From Nitrospirota bacterium (GTDB lineage Bacteria; Nitrospirota; Thermodesulfovibrionia; Thermodesulfovibrionales; UBA1546), in NCBI GenBank assembly GCA_016212165.1, contig JACRGY010000104.1, positions 45,836-109,835 on the forward strand: DNA of 64,000 nucleotides, in the 5' to 3' direction. The position numbers and the translations under genes are program-made. This document shows, piece after piece, positions 10,848 to 19,070 of this stretch. Below the pieces are notes generated by a model that was not told the DNA's origin, ran no database searches, and saw nothing but the letters and a program-made list of their open reading frames with translations. The first letter of the stretch is position 1; every line of letters begins with the position of its first letter.

Positions 10848-10994
10848 CCTTCTAACTCCCCTCTTTGGTTTCCGCCTCAGCGGATTCGCCGAGGAGAAAA
10901 GGAGGGGAACAAGGGGTGGTTTGGTTAGAATGAATCTCCTTTTTCCGCTTACCACCCTGTCCTTCGGACACCCCTCCTAAAATATGAGGGGAGC
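10848..10994. repeat. Composite palindromic element (CCCCTCC/GGAGGGG type) containing a copy of the 29-bp repeat
   Basis: Inverted arms aggaggggaacaaggggtggt / accaccctg...cacccctcct; 10871-10899 matches 2847-2875. Confidence 0.6.
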
Positions 10995-11005
10995 TATAAG
11001 CGCCC

Positions 11006-11040
11006 TTGATTTTATCATGTAAAGTAGCTACAATAGCTAC
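11006..11040 (+). promoter_or_regulatory. TA operon promoter with overlapping tandem palindromic operator
   Basis: TTGATT-N17-TACAAT. GTAGCTAC (11024-11031) and TAGCTAC (11034-11040) straddle the -10, as expected for type II TA autorepression. Confidence 0.65.
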
Positions 11041-11063
11041 ATAGTAATCAGGGAGGTGAAAGT

Positions 11064-11348
11064 ATGCATCAGGTAGGAATAAAAGAGCTAAAAAACAGGC
11101 TGACGTATTATCTTGGTCTCACCAAAAAAGGCGACAGCATAGTGGTTACGGACAGGGGAATGCCTGTGGCGGTGCTGCACAACCTTGATGCAGTTGAAGA
11201 AAACGCCGGCATAGAAGAAAGGCTCGCGAGCCTGGCAAAGCAGGGAAAGATAAGGCTGCCCTTAATAAACGCCAGATTGAAGCCGTTTAAGCCGATAAAA
11301 GTTAAGGGGAAGCCAATGTCTGAGACCATCATCGAGGAAAGAAGATGA
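11064..11348 (+). CDS. Phd/YefM family antitoxin
   Basis: VGIKELKNRLTYYL...GDSIVVTDRGMPVAVL; ATGA overlap with the PIN gene. Confidence 0.9.
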   Translation: MHQVGIKELKNRLTYYLGLTKKGDSIVVTDRGMPVAVLHNLDAVEENAGIEERLASLAKQGKIRLPLINARLKPFKPIKVKGKPMSETIIEERR

Positions 11349-11779
11349 TCTATTTTGACACGAGCGCATTAGCCAAGAAATATGTCATTGAGACCGGCTC
11401 CGAAGGAATCGCCCGGCTTATGACTGAAAAATCCATTATGGCAACGTCCAAATTAACCTACCCCGAAATGCTGTCTGCGCTTACAAGGCGCAGCAGGGAA
11501 GGTGATATACCGCATTTGAAATTAAAAGAGCTGCTGACTGAATTTGAGGCTGACTGGAAGTGTCTTCTCATTATTGATTTTCAGGATGAACTTCTTGTCA
11601 GTATAAAGAGACTGATAGAAAAATATTATCTCAGGGCCGCAGACAGCATCCATCTTGCCTCTGCATTGTGGCTGAAACACTCTACGAAGGAAAACATTAC
11701 TTTTGCAGCATCTGATACAAATCTCCTGAACGCAGCAAGGTCTGAAAAATTGTCCGTATTTAATCCGCAGGACTCCTAA
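11345..11779 (+). CDS. vapC: VapC family PIN-domain toxin
   Basis: Motifs YFDTSALAKKY..E, LRAADSIHLASA, FAASD..L..AA. Confidence 0.9.
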   Translation: MIYFDTSALAKKYVIETGSEGIARLMTEKSIMATSKLTYPEMLSALTRRSREGDIPHLKLKELLTEFEADWKCLLIIDFQDELLVSIKRLIEKYYLRAADSIHLASALWLKHSTKENITFAASDTNLLNAARSEKLSVFNPQDS

Positions 11780-11835
11780 GCAGATTGAGAGCGAAGGCTA
11801 CCCCATTGTTCCATTATTTTAATCCTTCTTCGTTA

Positions 11836-12502
11836 GTCAAGATTAAAGACCTGACCCCCTAATTTTCTACGTTTATCCCTTTATTTATCCCTTCCGCTGG
11901 TTGGCGGTTTTGAGCCGCTACGAATTATCTTTTTTTGTATCCTTATTTGTGAAGCAAGGTAAGGATTTCAACAATTCGATGGTTTTCTCCGAAATAGCAC
12001 CACCTTGTTCAATCAGAATAAGATTTTTTTGAGAGATTTTAATGAGGCGCTGAAATATATAGAAAACTCCGGCTTGAAATAGACAGAAACTACCCAGGAG
12101 GATGGTCATGAGAGATGATCGAGTCAATGGTTCTGATGATGTAAACTCTCTTATCAAAATCAAGGTGACGAACAAAAGGGAAATTCCATATATAATTTTC
12201 CAGAAAATGAGAGCGACAGAGCGCTTAGCGTGGGCTTCGCTTTGTGCATACTTTATCTTTATATTAATGATTGCGACTATAGCAGCTACAATTAAGCCTG
12301 TCAAAACGCCAATCACTATTGTAGTAAGTATATTGGAAATAATCATAGCGCTCCTTTGTTTGCGGAGAGTGAATAAGCTCCTTCGATTTTTGAAACGTTA
12401 TAGGAACGGTAGCATAACTTTAAATGGGTCGTCAATAAAAAAATAGCTTGACGTTATCTACTGAAGCTTACATTTATTTAAGGGGACAGTCGTCCCCTTT
12501 TC
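11836..12502. mobile_element. Putative non-autonomous single-gene cassette bounded by GTCA..TGACCCC and GGGACAG..TTTTC end motifs
   Basis: Left gtcaagattaaagacctgacccc (11836-11858); right aggggacagtcgtccccttttc (12481-12502). The same pair bounds 48708-52204. Confidence 0.5.
11918..12346 (-). CDS. Hypothetical membrane protein, about 3 TM helices
   Basis: AT-rich ORF with AAAGGAG RBS before the ATG and three hydrophobic segments; no family recognised. Confidence 0.7.
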   Translation of the reverse strand: MIISNILTTIVIGVLTGLIVAAIVAIINIKIKYAQSEAHAKRSVALIFWKIIYGISLLFVTLILIREFTSSEPLTRSSLMTILLGSFCLFQAGVFYIFQRLIKISQKNLILIEQGGAISEKTIELLKSLPCFTNKDTKKDNS

Positions 12503-12547
12503 TGCTCTTTAATGTTTCACATTTATCATTAGCTGGGCGTCAACTTT

Positions 12548-12580
12548 GAGATTGCCACGGACTTTGTCCTCGCAATGACA
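12548..12580. repeat. Short palindromic repeat (GAGATTGC...CGCAATGAC type)
   Basis: gagattgccacggactttgtcctcgcaatgaca forms a hairpin. Confidence 0.5.
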
Positions 12581-12614
12581 TCAAAAGAAATACTTTTCAA
12601 TGGTAATCCCCACT

Positions 12615-12672
12615 AAACCTGACCAATCCGCTCAACTAAATACTTGACAAGGTTAGTAGGGTATTTTAAAAT
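12615..12672 (+). promoter_or_regulatory. iscR promoter with two tandem 25-bp type-1 IscR-like boxes
   Basis: aaacctgaccaatccgctcaactaa (12615-12639) and atacttgacaaggttagtagggtat (12640-12664) resemble type-1 IscR sites; TTGACA-N17-TAAAAT. Confidence 0.7.
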
Positions 12673-12678
12673 TATCCT

Positions 12679-13128
12679 ATGCTCAGGTTATCTACAAAAG
12701 GACAGTATGGCGTGCGGGCCATGTTCGAAATAGCCAATGGCTATCCTGATAAGCCGGTTACTATAAAAGAGATATCGGAAAAACAGGCTGTTTCCGTTGC
12801 CTATCTCGAACAGATACTCAATAAGCTCAGGAATGGAGGGCTTATAAAAAGCATTAAGGGGCCGGGCGGCGGCTACCTGCTGAATAAAAAACCCGAGAAA
12901 ATAAGTATCAGTGCAATCCTTAAGGAACTCGAAGGGCCTGTTGCCATCACATCCTGTCTGGATCCGAAGGAGGGATGTGTCAGGGTGGACGGGTGTGTTA
13001 CTTATATGCTCTGGAAATCTCTCGGAGAAAAGATAGAGGGGTTTCTGGATACGGTCTCTCTGAAGGACTTGATTACAGGCGCGCTTTTAGAAAGAACGGC
13101 CGGGAAAATTAAGAAAAAGGCCTGCTAA
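12679..13128 (+). CDS. iscR: Rrf2 family Fe-S regulator (IscR-like)
   Basis: LSTKGQYGVRAM, YLEQIL, SIKGPGGGY, three Cys (CLDPKEGCVRVDGC); heads the iscS-iscU operon. Confidence 0.85.
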   Translation: MLRLSTKGQYGVRAMFEIANGYPDKPVTIKEISEKQAVSVAYLEQILNKLRNGGLIKSIKGPGGGYLLNKKPEKISISAILKELEGPVAITSCLDPKEGCVRVDGCVTYMLWKSLGEKIEGFLDTVSLKDLITGALLERTAGKIKKKAC

Positions 13129-13135
13129 TTTAAAA

Positions 13136-13393
13136 ATGAAATTCGTAGAAGATTTGAAGGCAGATGTAACAACTGATATAGTTTATATGATGTGCCCGAT
13201 GCACCTGCTGAAGCTGGAAGAGAAGATACACGAACTTGACGATGGACAGATACTGGAAATCATGACAGACTATGACGGAGCGCTTGAAGATATTCCGGGC
13301 TGGTGTGAAAAGACAGGCAATGAATTTTTAGGGATTAAGGAAACGGAAGATTTTTATAAATTTTATATAAGAAAGAAGGTGCGTAAGCAATGA
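13136..13393 (+). CDS. TusA family sulfur carrier
   Basis: D....MCPM...LEIMTD....DIPGWC...G fold pattern. Confidence 0.85.
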   Translation: MKFVEDLKADVTTDIVYMMCPMHLLKLEEKIHELDDGQILEIMTDYDGALEDIPGWCEKTGNEFLGIKETEDFYKFYIRKKVRKQ

Positions 13394-14589
13394 GGAAGTG
13401 TTATTTCGACCATGTAGCAACGAATCCTCTGGATTCCCGCGTACTTGACGAAATGATGCCTTATTTCAAAGAGGAATTCGGCAATCCTTTGAGCATGTAT
13501 GAACTAGGTTCCAAGGCAAAGGAGGCAATAGATAATGCAAGAGTACAGGTTGCATCATTAATTGGTTCAAAGGCTTCAGAGATAGTTTTTACTGCAAGCG
13601 GCGCTGAGGCAAATAATTTTGCATTGCGGGGCATTGCGCTTGCAAGGCAGAATGAAGGAAAACATGTAATCGTGTCAAAGATGGAGCACCATTCAATATT
13701 GAATTCCGCAAGGTTTCTTGAGAAGATGGGATTCGTGGTCACTTACCTTCCGGTTGATAAACACGGTGTTGTTGACCCTGATACTGTGAAAAGGGCGATT
13801 ATAAAAGATACAACACTGATATCTGTAACCCATGCAAGCAGCGAAGTCGGCACAATAGAGCCGATAAAAGAAATAGCAGCCATTGCCAGAGAGAAAAAGA
13901 TAATCTTTCATACAGATGCAGTAGCAACAGCAGGAAACATACCCATTAATATAAAAGACCTAGGGGTAGACCTTCTGAGCATGGCAGCACATCAGTTCTA
14001 CGGTCCGAAGGGCGCCGGAGCGCTCTATGTAAGGGAAGGGCTGAGAATAGTCCCTCTGATATATGGCGGAATACAGGAAAATGGAAGAAGGGCCGGCACC
14101 GAGAACGTACCTGCTATTGCCGGTATGGGCAAGGCAGCTGAATTTGCCGTGAATGAGATGAATTCCCGGATAGAGCACGGCAGAAGATTAAGAGACAAAC
14201 TTTTGAAAATTAAATCAAGCGCTGAAAATGTTCATCTTACAGGCCATCCTGAAAACAGGCTTCCGGGCCATGCAAGTTTTTGTGTTGAATTTATAGAGGG
14301 CGAGGCAATGCTTCTGTTGCTGTCAGCCAAGGGTGTGTATGCCGCCAGCGGTTCTGCATGTTCATCAAAGGCATTGAAGGCATCGCCTGTCCTGCTGTCA
14401 ATGGGCATACCTTCTGGCCTTGCGCAGGGTTCGATAGTCTTTACGCTCGGCAAAGATAACACGGACGATGATATAGAATACCTGCTTGCCGAATTCCCGC
14501 AGGTGATAAAAAGGCTGAGAGAAATCTCCCCCTACGGAAAGGGCTGGGGGATAGAAGGAGAAGGTGGACAATGTATAGTGCAAAAGTAA
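13390..14589 (+). CDS. iscS: Cysteine desulfurase (IscS/NifS; HQFYGPKG has Gln where the PLP-binding Lys of HKxxGPKG normally sits)
   Basis: Motifs YFDHVAT, HTDAV, YGPKGAGAL, RAGTEN, ASGSAC. Confidence 0.88.
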   Translation: MRKCYFDHVATNPLDSRVLDEMMPYFKEEFGNPLSMYELGSKAKEAIDNARVQVASLIGSKASEIVFTASGAEANNFALRGIALARQNEGKHVIVSKMEHHSILNSARFLEKMGFVVTYLPVDKHGVVDPDTVKRAIIKDTTLISVTHASSEVGTIEPIKEIAAIAREKKIIFHTDAVATAGNIPINIKDLGVDLLSMAAHQFYGPKGAGALYVREGLRIVPLIYGGIQENGRRAGTENVPAIAGMGKAAEFAVNEMNSRIEHGRRLRDKLLKIKSSAENVHLTGHPENRLPGHASFCVEFIEGEAMLLLLSAKGVYAASGSACSSKALKASPVLLSMGIPSGLAQGSIVFTLGKDNTDDDIEYLLAEFPQVIKRLREISPYGKGWGIEGEGGQCIVQK

Positions 14590-14942
14590 TGGACCATTTT
14601 TCAAACCCGAGGAATGTGGGTGATATGCCTGATGCCGATGGTGTGGGCACAGAGGGGAATCCTACCTGCGGGGATGTGATGCAGATTTTTATAAAGGTCA
14701 AGGACGGGAAGATAGTTGATGCAAAGTTTAAGACATTCGGGTGTGGCGCAGCTATTGCCGTAAGCAGCATGATTACAGAGCTGGTTAAGGGCAAGACTCT
14801 CGAAGAGGCATTGGCTATATCAAAGGAAACAGTGGCAAATGAATTGGGGGGGCTGCCCGCCCAGAAGATGCATTGCTCAAACCTTGGCGCAGATGCACTC
14901 AAAAAGGCTATTGAAGATTATAGAAGCAAGAACAAAACATAG
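14571..14942 (+). CDS. iscU: Fe-S scaffold protein IscU/NifU-N
   Basis: Motifs YSAKVMDHF, GNPTCGD, KTFGCG, KMHCS. Confidence 0.95.
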   Translation: MYSAKVMDHFSNPRNVGDMPDADGVGTEGNPTCGDVMQIFIKVKDGKIVDAKFKTFGCGAAIAVSSMITELVKGKTLEEALAISKETVANELGGLPAQKMHCSNLGADALKKAIEDYRSKNKT

Positions 14943-14943
14943 A

Positions 14944-15327
14944 CTGAACTGCGTAAGCGGTGCAGGAATTGTTGAGACACTGATAGTTATCATAGTCATC
15001 AGTATTTTGGCAGTTGTGGTCATTGACAGGTATAATAGTATTGTCTGGGAGGCAAAAAAGGTTGCGCTCAGGGCAGAACTGAATAACCTCAGGCAGGCTA
15101 TCCAGCTTTTTAAAATAACAAAAGGCAGATACCCTGAAAGTCTTAAAGAGCTTATTACAGAACATATTGTTGCGCCATATAAAGATACACTGATCAGCGC
15201 CAGGTATCTGGAGCCTTATTCTGTTGATAAGGATTTGAATGTGCTGGACCCCTTTGATTTGCCTATTGCCTACGACCATTTGACCGGCAAGGTCCGGTCT
15301 CAGAAAAAAGGTTTTGAGGACTGGTGA
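14944..15327 (+). CDS. Pilin/pseudopilin-like protein (start uncertain)
   Basis: Prepilin-like G-A-G-I-V-E followed by a hydrophobic helix, then GRYPESLKEL and DPF, GspG-like. Confidence 0.65.
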   Translation: MNCVSGAGIVETLIVIIVISILAVVVIDRYNSIVWEAKKVALRAELNNLRQAIQLFKITKGRYPESLKELITEHIVAPYKDTLISARYLEPYSVDKDLNVLDPFDLPIAYDHLTGKVRSQKKGFEDW

Positions 15328-15413
15328 AGCTCCACTCCGTTAAAAAACTCCAATCGGGCTTTCCGGCGGGGTTTACAAATCTAATTTTAGACTGTTAATA
15401 TATCAGGGTTTTA

Positions 15414-15506
15414 GGAGAGGTGGCCGAGTAGGTCGAAGGCAGCCGCCTGCTAAGCGGTTGTGGGGGTAAAACTTCACCCAGGGTTCGAATCCCTGCCTCT
15501 CCGCCA
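15414..15506 (+). tRNA. tRNA-Ser(GCT)
   Basis: Acceptor stem ggagagg/cctctcc, anticodon loop ctGCTaa, long variable arm, GTTCGAAT, encoded CCA. Confidence 0.97.
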
Positions 15507-15585
15507 GTGAACAGAAGTGAGAAGTTAGAAGTAAATTGTAACTTTTAACTTATAACTATATAATTTTTTTTAAAGGAGGTTCTAA

Positions 15586-16122
15586 ATGAACAAAAAGCTT
15601 ATGGCAGTAGCGCTCAGTGTTTTGCTTGTGGGTTCTTTTGCCTGCAAGAAAAAAGAACAGCAGCCTCTTCCGCAGACACCGGGTACACCTGGGATGGGGG
15701 CACTTCCTCCGGGACATCCTCAGCAAGGACAGGGAAACCAGGGCATAACCATGCCCAAGGGCGATCTCCAGGTTATTGTCCCTGCTAATGTAAAGGGTAA
15801 ATGGGGCGCTGTTAAGATTGTTGTTGAGGACAAGGCAACGAAAAAAGCGCAGGAATTCACTGTTAAACTTAACAGCGATCTGCAGATTCCAAATTCTAAC
15901 CTGAAAGTAGTTGTAGGAGAGTTTCTGCCTGATTTCAAGATGGATGTCGGCACAATAACTTCGATATCAAATGAGCCAAATAATCCGGCAGTTAGCATTA
16001 AGGTATTTGAAGGCGGCAAGGAAGTATTTAAGGGATGGCTCTACGCAAAGTTCCCTGCGATTCATCCGTTTGAGCATCCTAAAGTCGGCCTGGGCCTTAA
16101 AGAAGGAATTAAGAAGGGATAG
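15586..16122 (+). CDS. Lipoprotein with Pro/Gly/Gln linker (DUF2155-like C-terminal domain)
   Basis: Lipobox SFAC-KKK, strong RBS, FLPDF...NPA...FKGWL...FEHP. Confidence 0.75.
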   Translation: MNKKLMAVALSVLLVGSFACKKKEQQPLPQTPGTPGMGALPPGHPQQGQGNQGITMPKGDLQVIVPANVKGKWGAVKIVVEDKATKKAQEFTVKLNSDLQIPNSNLKVVVGEFLPDFKMDVGTITSISNEPNNPAVSIKVFEGGKEVFKGWLYAKFPAIHPFEHPKVGLGLKEGIKKG

Positions 16123-16123
16123 C

Positions 16124-16200
16124 GCGCCCTTAGCTCAGCTGGATAGAGCGTCGGACTACGAATCCGCAGGCCGGGGGTTCGAATCCCTCAGGGCGCGCCA
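16124..16200 (+). tRNA. tRNA-Arg(ACG)
   Basis: Acceptor gcgccct/agggcgc, TAGCTCAGCTGGATAGAGC, anticodon loop ctACGaa, GTTCGAAT, CCA; 77 nt. Confidence 0.97.
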
Positions 16201-16270
16201 GTATAAGGCGCTTGGAGGATTAGCTGAATGCTCCTGAAGGATTGGGCTATTTATTCTAGGATTGGTTTTG

Positions 16271-16313
16271 AAAAAGGGTTTGTCCCGAAAGCCTTCGGGA
16301 TGAACCCTTTTTT
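16271..16313 (+). terminator. Intrinsic terminator, copy A of a duplicated hairpin
   Basis: aaaaagggtttgtcccgaaagccttcgggatgaaccctttttt. Confidence 0.85.
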
Positions 16314-16393
16314 GTTTGTTTTTGATGGCAGCCCGTGACCTGACAATTGCTTTTTCAGGGATTAATATTTAAAATTGAACCAGGAGATTTTAA

Positions 16394-16708
16394 ATGAAGA
16401 AGAATTGCTGGGAAGTTAAGAAGTGCGGGAGGGAACCGGGGGGAGTTAATGTAAAAGAGCTGGGGGTGTGTCCTGCAGCCACTGAGGACAGGCTTGATGG
16501 CGTTCACGAAGGTAAAAACGCAGGGAGGGCATGCTGGGTAGTAGCCGGCACATTCTGTAAAGGTGAAGTTCAGGGATTTTTTGCCAGGAAGTATAAGGAT
16601 TGCGAGAAGTGTGATTTTTATCAAATGGTCAGGAAAGAGGAAGGCGCAAAGTTTACATTCTCATATGTTCTTTTAAATATGATAGGCTGGAAAGAAAAAG
16701 GCTCTTAA
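16394..16708 (+). CDS. Small Cys-rich two-CW domain protein
   Basis: NCWEVKKCGRE...CPA...GRACWVVAGTFC...CEKCDFY; AGGAG RBS. Confidence 0.8.
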   Translation: MKKNCWEVKKCGREPGGVNVKELGVCPAATEDRLDGVHEGKNAGRACWVVAGTFCKGEVQGFFARKYKDCEKCDFYQMVRKEEGAKFTFSYVLLNMIGWKEKGS

Positions 16709-16739
16709 ATGACCGGGCTATAGGTTTGGGTTGATTTTT

Positions 16740-16783
16740 AAAAGGGGTTTATCCCGAAAGCCTTTGGGATAAACCTCTTTTTT
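16740..16783 (+). terminator. Intrinsic terminator, copy B of a duplicated hairpin
   Basis: aaaaggggtttatcccgaaagcctttgggataaacctctttttt. Confidence 0.85.
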
Positions 16784-16824
16784 GTCAGGCTTGATATGCT
16801 GTTATCAGTCTGTGGAGGAGAAGA

Positions 16825-17070
16825 ATGGTCAGTGTGACTTTTTATCTTAAGGAAGGGTGCTGGATTTGCGATGCTACGCAGGAGATGCTAAACGGGCTTA
16901 CGGTAAAGTATGACCTTAAGGTTACAAAGGTTCATATTGACTCAAGCGATGAATTGTATGAGATGTACAGGTTTGATATCCCTGTGTTTGAATTCAGGGA
17001 CGGGTCAACACTTCACGGGCATATCAGGAAGAAAGATTTACTGAAGAAATTTGAAGAAAATAAGGAATAA
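16825..17070 (+). CDS. Glutaredoxin-like protein (DUF836-like)
   Basis: CWIC redox motif, YRFDIPV, 81 aa. Confidence 0.8.
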   Translation: MVSVTFYLKEGCWICDATQEMLNGLTVKYDLKVTKVHIDSSDELYEMYRFDIPVFEFRDGSTLHGHIRKKDLLKKFEENKE

Positions 17071-17086
17071 AAAAGCTGGTTATAAT

Positions 17087-17545
17087 ATGGACATGAAAGA
17101 ACAGGATATATATTTTATGAAACTGGCGCTTGAGGAGGCCGGCATTGCTTTTTCAGAGGGAGAGGTTCCCGTAGGAGCTGTATTGGTGAGCGAAGGCGAT
17201 ATTATTTCAAAGGCCCATAACACGCGTGAGGCATCAAAAGACCCGACTGCACACGCAGAGATACTTGCAATACGAAAAGGAGTAGAAAAGAGCGACAGCT
17301 GGCGGTTAAGCAATGCCATGCTTTATGTAACAAAAGAACCCTGCATCATGTGTGCAGGTGCGATGGTTAATGCAAGAATTAAGAGGCTTATTTACGGTTG
17401 TAAAGATGAAAAAGGCGGCGCAGCCAGGAGCCTGTATCATCTTCTTTCGGATAAGAGGCTTAATCATCAGGTGGAGATAGTCTCAGGTTTTCTTGAGGAT
17501 GAATGCGCAGGGATATTGAAAAGGTTTTTTCAGGAGAAAAGATAG
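17087..17545 (+). CDS. tadA: tRNA adenosine(34) deaminase
   Basis: Motifs GEVPVGAV, HAE, EPCIMC; ATG at 17087 or 17093. Confidence 0.95.
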   Translation: MDMKEQDIYFMKLALEEAGIAFSEGEVPVGAVLVSEGDIISKAHNTREASKDPTAHAEILAIRKGVEKSDSWRLSNAMLYVTKEPCIMCAGAMVNARIKRLIYGCKDEKGGAARSLYHLLSDKRLNHQVEIVSGFLEDECAGILKRFFQEKR

Positions 17546-17683
17546 TTTCAGAAGAGATGCATATAGTATTCTCGCTCTATGCCTGTATTTTATCTGTATT
17601 CCTTAATTTATTGTCTTGTTGTAAACTAAAAACTGTTCACTATCCGCTTTAAGCTGACTGCTGAACGCTGATAGCTTTGATTT

Positions 17684-17773
17684 GGAGGGGTGCCAGAGCG
17701 GTTGAATGGGACGGTCTCGAAAATCGTTGTGGGGGCAACTCCACCCAGGGTTCGAATCCCTGCCCCTCCGCCA
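17684..17773 (+). tRNA. tRNA-Ser(CGA)
   Basis: Acceptor ggagggg/cccctcc, anticodon loop ctCGAaa, long variable arm, CCA. Confidence 0.96.
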
Positions 17774-17848
17774 GAAAAGTTAGAAGGGTAAAGTGAAAAG
17801 TTAAATGAAGAAAAGTTTTAAAACTCTTAACTTCATAGAGGAGGGAAG

Positions 17849-18892
17849 ATGGACATTAATATAAAGAAGATACTTATCCCTGCAATTATAGCCCTGTCGT
17901 CCATATCCGTATTACTCATAATCAGGGGGATTAGCTTCAGATTGCTCCACAGATGGGCTGAAAAGACGGCGACGAAGCTTGACGACATAATAATCATGGT
18001 ACTTAAAACGCCGTCTGTTTACTGGTGCGTTGCCATAGGGCTTTATACAGGGATTGCAATTTCGGAACTTCCTGAAAGATACGTCTTTTATCTAAGCAGG
18101 ACGATTAATGTGATTGTAATATTATCCATTACCATTGCAGCGGCAAACCTTGCGGGTAAGATATTCAGAAATTATGTCCAGAAATCCAACCTTCCTGTTC
18201 CAACAACAGGCCTTGCATACGGGATATTAAAGGGAACAATACTGGCCCTGGGGCTCTTGATAATACTGAGTTTCCTCGGGATTTCTATAACGCCCTTAAT
18301 TACAGCATTAGGTGTTGGAGGCCTTGCAGTTGCGCTTGCGCTTCAGGATACCCTTGCAAACCTTTTTGCTGGGATGCATATCCTTGTGGAAAAATCCATC
18401 AGGGTAGGTGATTTTATCAAACTCGAAACAGGGCAGGAAGGCTATGTTGAAGACATAACCTGGAGGACAACAAGGATAAAGATGCTTCCAAATAATATGG
18501 TCGTGATTCCAAATAATAAGCTTGCACAGAGCATCGTCACAAATTATTATCTGCCTGAAAAAAGGATGTCTCTGTCTATCCCAGTCTCTGTCAGTTATAA
18601 TTCTGATATAGATAAACTTGAAAGAATCCTCACCGAAGAGGCAAAGAAGGCGGTTGAAGAAATTTCAGGACTTCTTGGGGATCCTGAGCCTGCTGTAAGG
18701 TTTATCCCCGGATTTGGCGAAAGCTCCCTTGATTTTACCCTGGTATGTCATGTGCGGGAATTTACAGACCAGTTTCCTGTTCAGCATGAACTGAGAAAGA
18801 GGCTATTTAAGAGATTTAAAGAAGAAGGCATTGAAATTCCATTCCCTCAAAGGACAGTATACCTTAGAGAAGATAAGAACTGGAAGCCGTAA
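17849..18892 (+). CDS. MscS family mechanosensitive channel
   Basis: Motifs GLAVALALQDTLANLFAG, GDFIK, IPNNKL, FGESSLDF, IEIPFPQR. Confidence 0.93.
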   Translation: MDINIKKILIPAIIALSSISVLLIIRGISFRLLHRWAEKTATKLDDIIIMVLKTPSVYWCVAIGLYTGIAISELPERYVFYLSRTINVIVILSITIAAANLAGKIFRNYVQKSNLPVPTTGLAYGILKGTILALGLLIILSFLGISITPLITALGVGGLAVALALQDTLANLFAGMHILVEKSIRVGDFIKLETGQEGYVEDITWRTTRIKMLPNNMVVIPNNKLAQSIVTNYYLPEKRMSLSIPVSVSYNSDIDKLERILTEEAKKAVEEISGLLGDPEPAVRFIPGFGESSLDFTLVCHVREFTDQFPVQHELRKRLFKRFKEEGIEIPFPQRTVYLREDKNWKP

Positions 18893-18975
18893 TATTTACA
18901 CCGGTTGTTTTTTAAATTCACTCAGATATCCAGACAGGGATTGACATAAATTTCAGGTTTCCGATAATTTATTTA

Positions 18976-19070
18976 GCAGAGAGGAGTAGTTTGGGGAAGT
19001 GGGTATCGTCAATATGGCTGAAGGCCTGATACCACTGGTCAGATAAACCTGGTATAAGCAGGACCTTTAT
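18976..19070 (+). ncRNA. yybP-ykoY (Mn2+) riboswitch aptamer
   Basis: gaggagtag...atcgtcaata...ctggt...agcaggacctt hallmarks; TTGACA..GATAAT promoter at 18941-18968; upstream of a P-type ATPase operon. Confidence 0.8.

Noticed and set aside
11836-12502. Classical integron attC sites around the cassettes
   Set aside because: No RYYYAAC...GTTRRRY bounded palindromes and no IntI gene; the boundary motifs are of another kind.
15971-16237. 88-aa ORF overlapping tRNA-Arg
   Set aside because: It translates through the tRNA gene and is spurious.
15414-17773. Similar 3' halves of the two tRNA-Ser genes as attL/attR of an island
   Set aside because: Both are complete tRNAs with different anticodons, the enclosed genes are mostly housekeeping, and there is no integrase.
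17774-17848. SRP RNA (ffs), often found after tadA/tRNA-Ser
   Set aside because: No SRP domain IV motif (CAGG...GGAA...AGCAGC); the region is an AT-rich heptamer tract.
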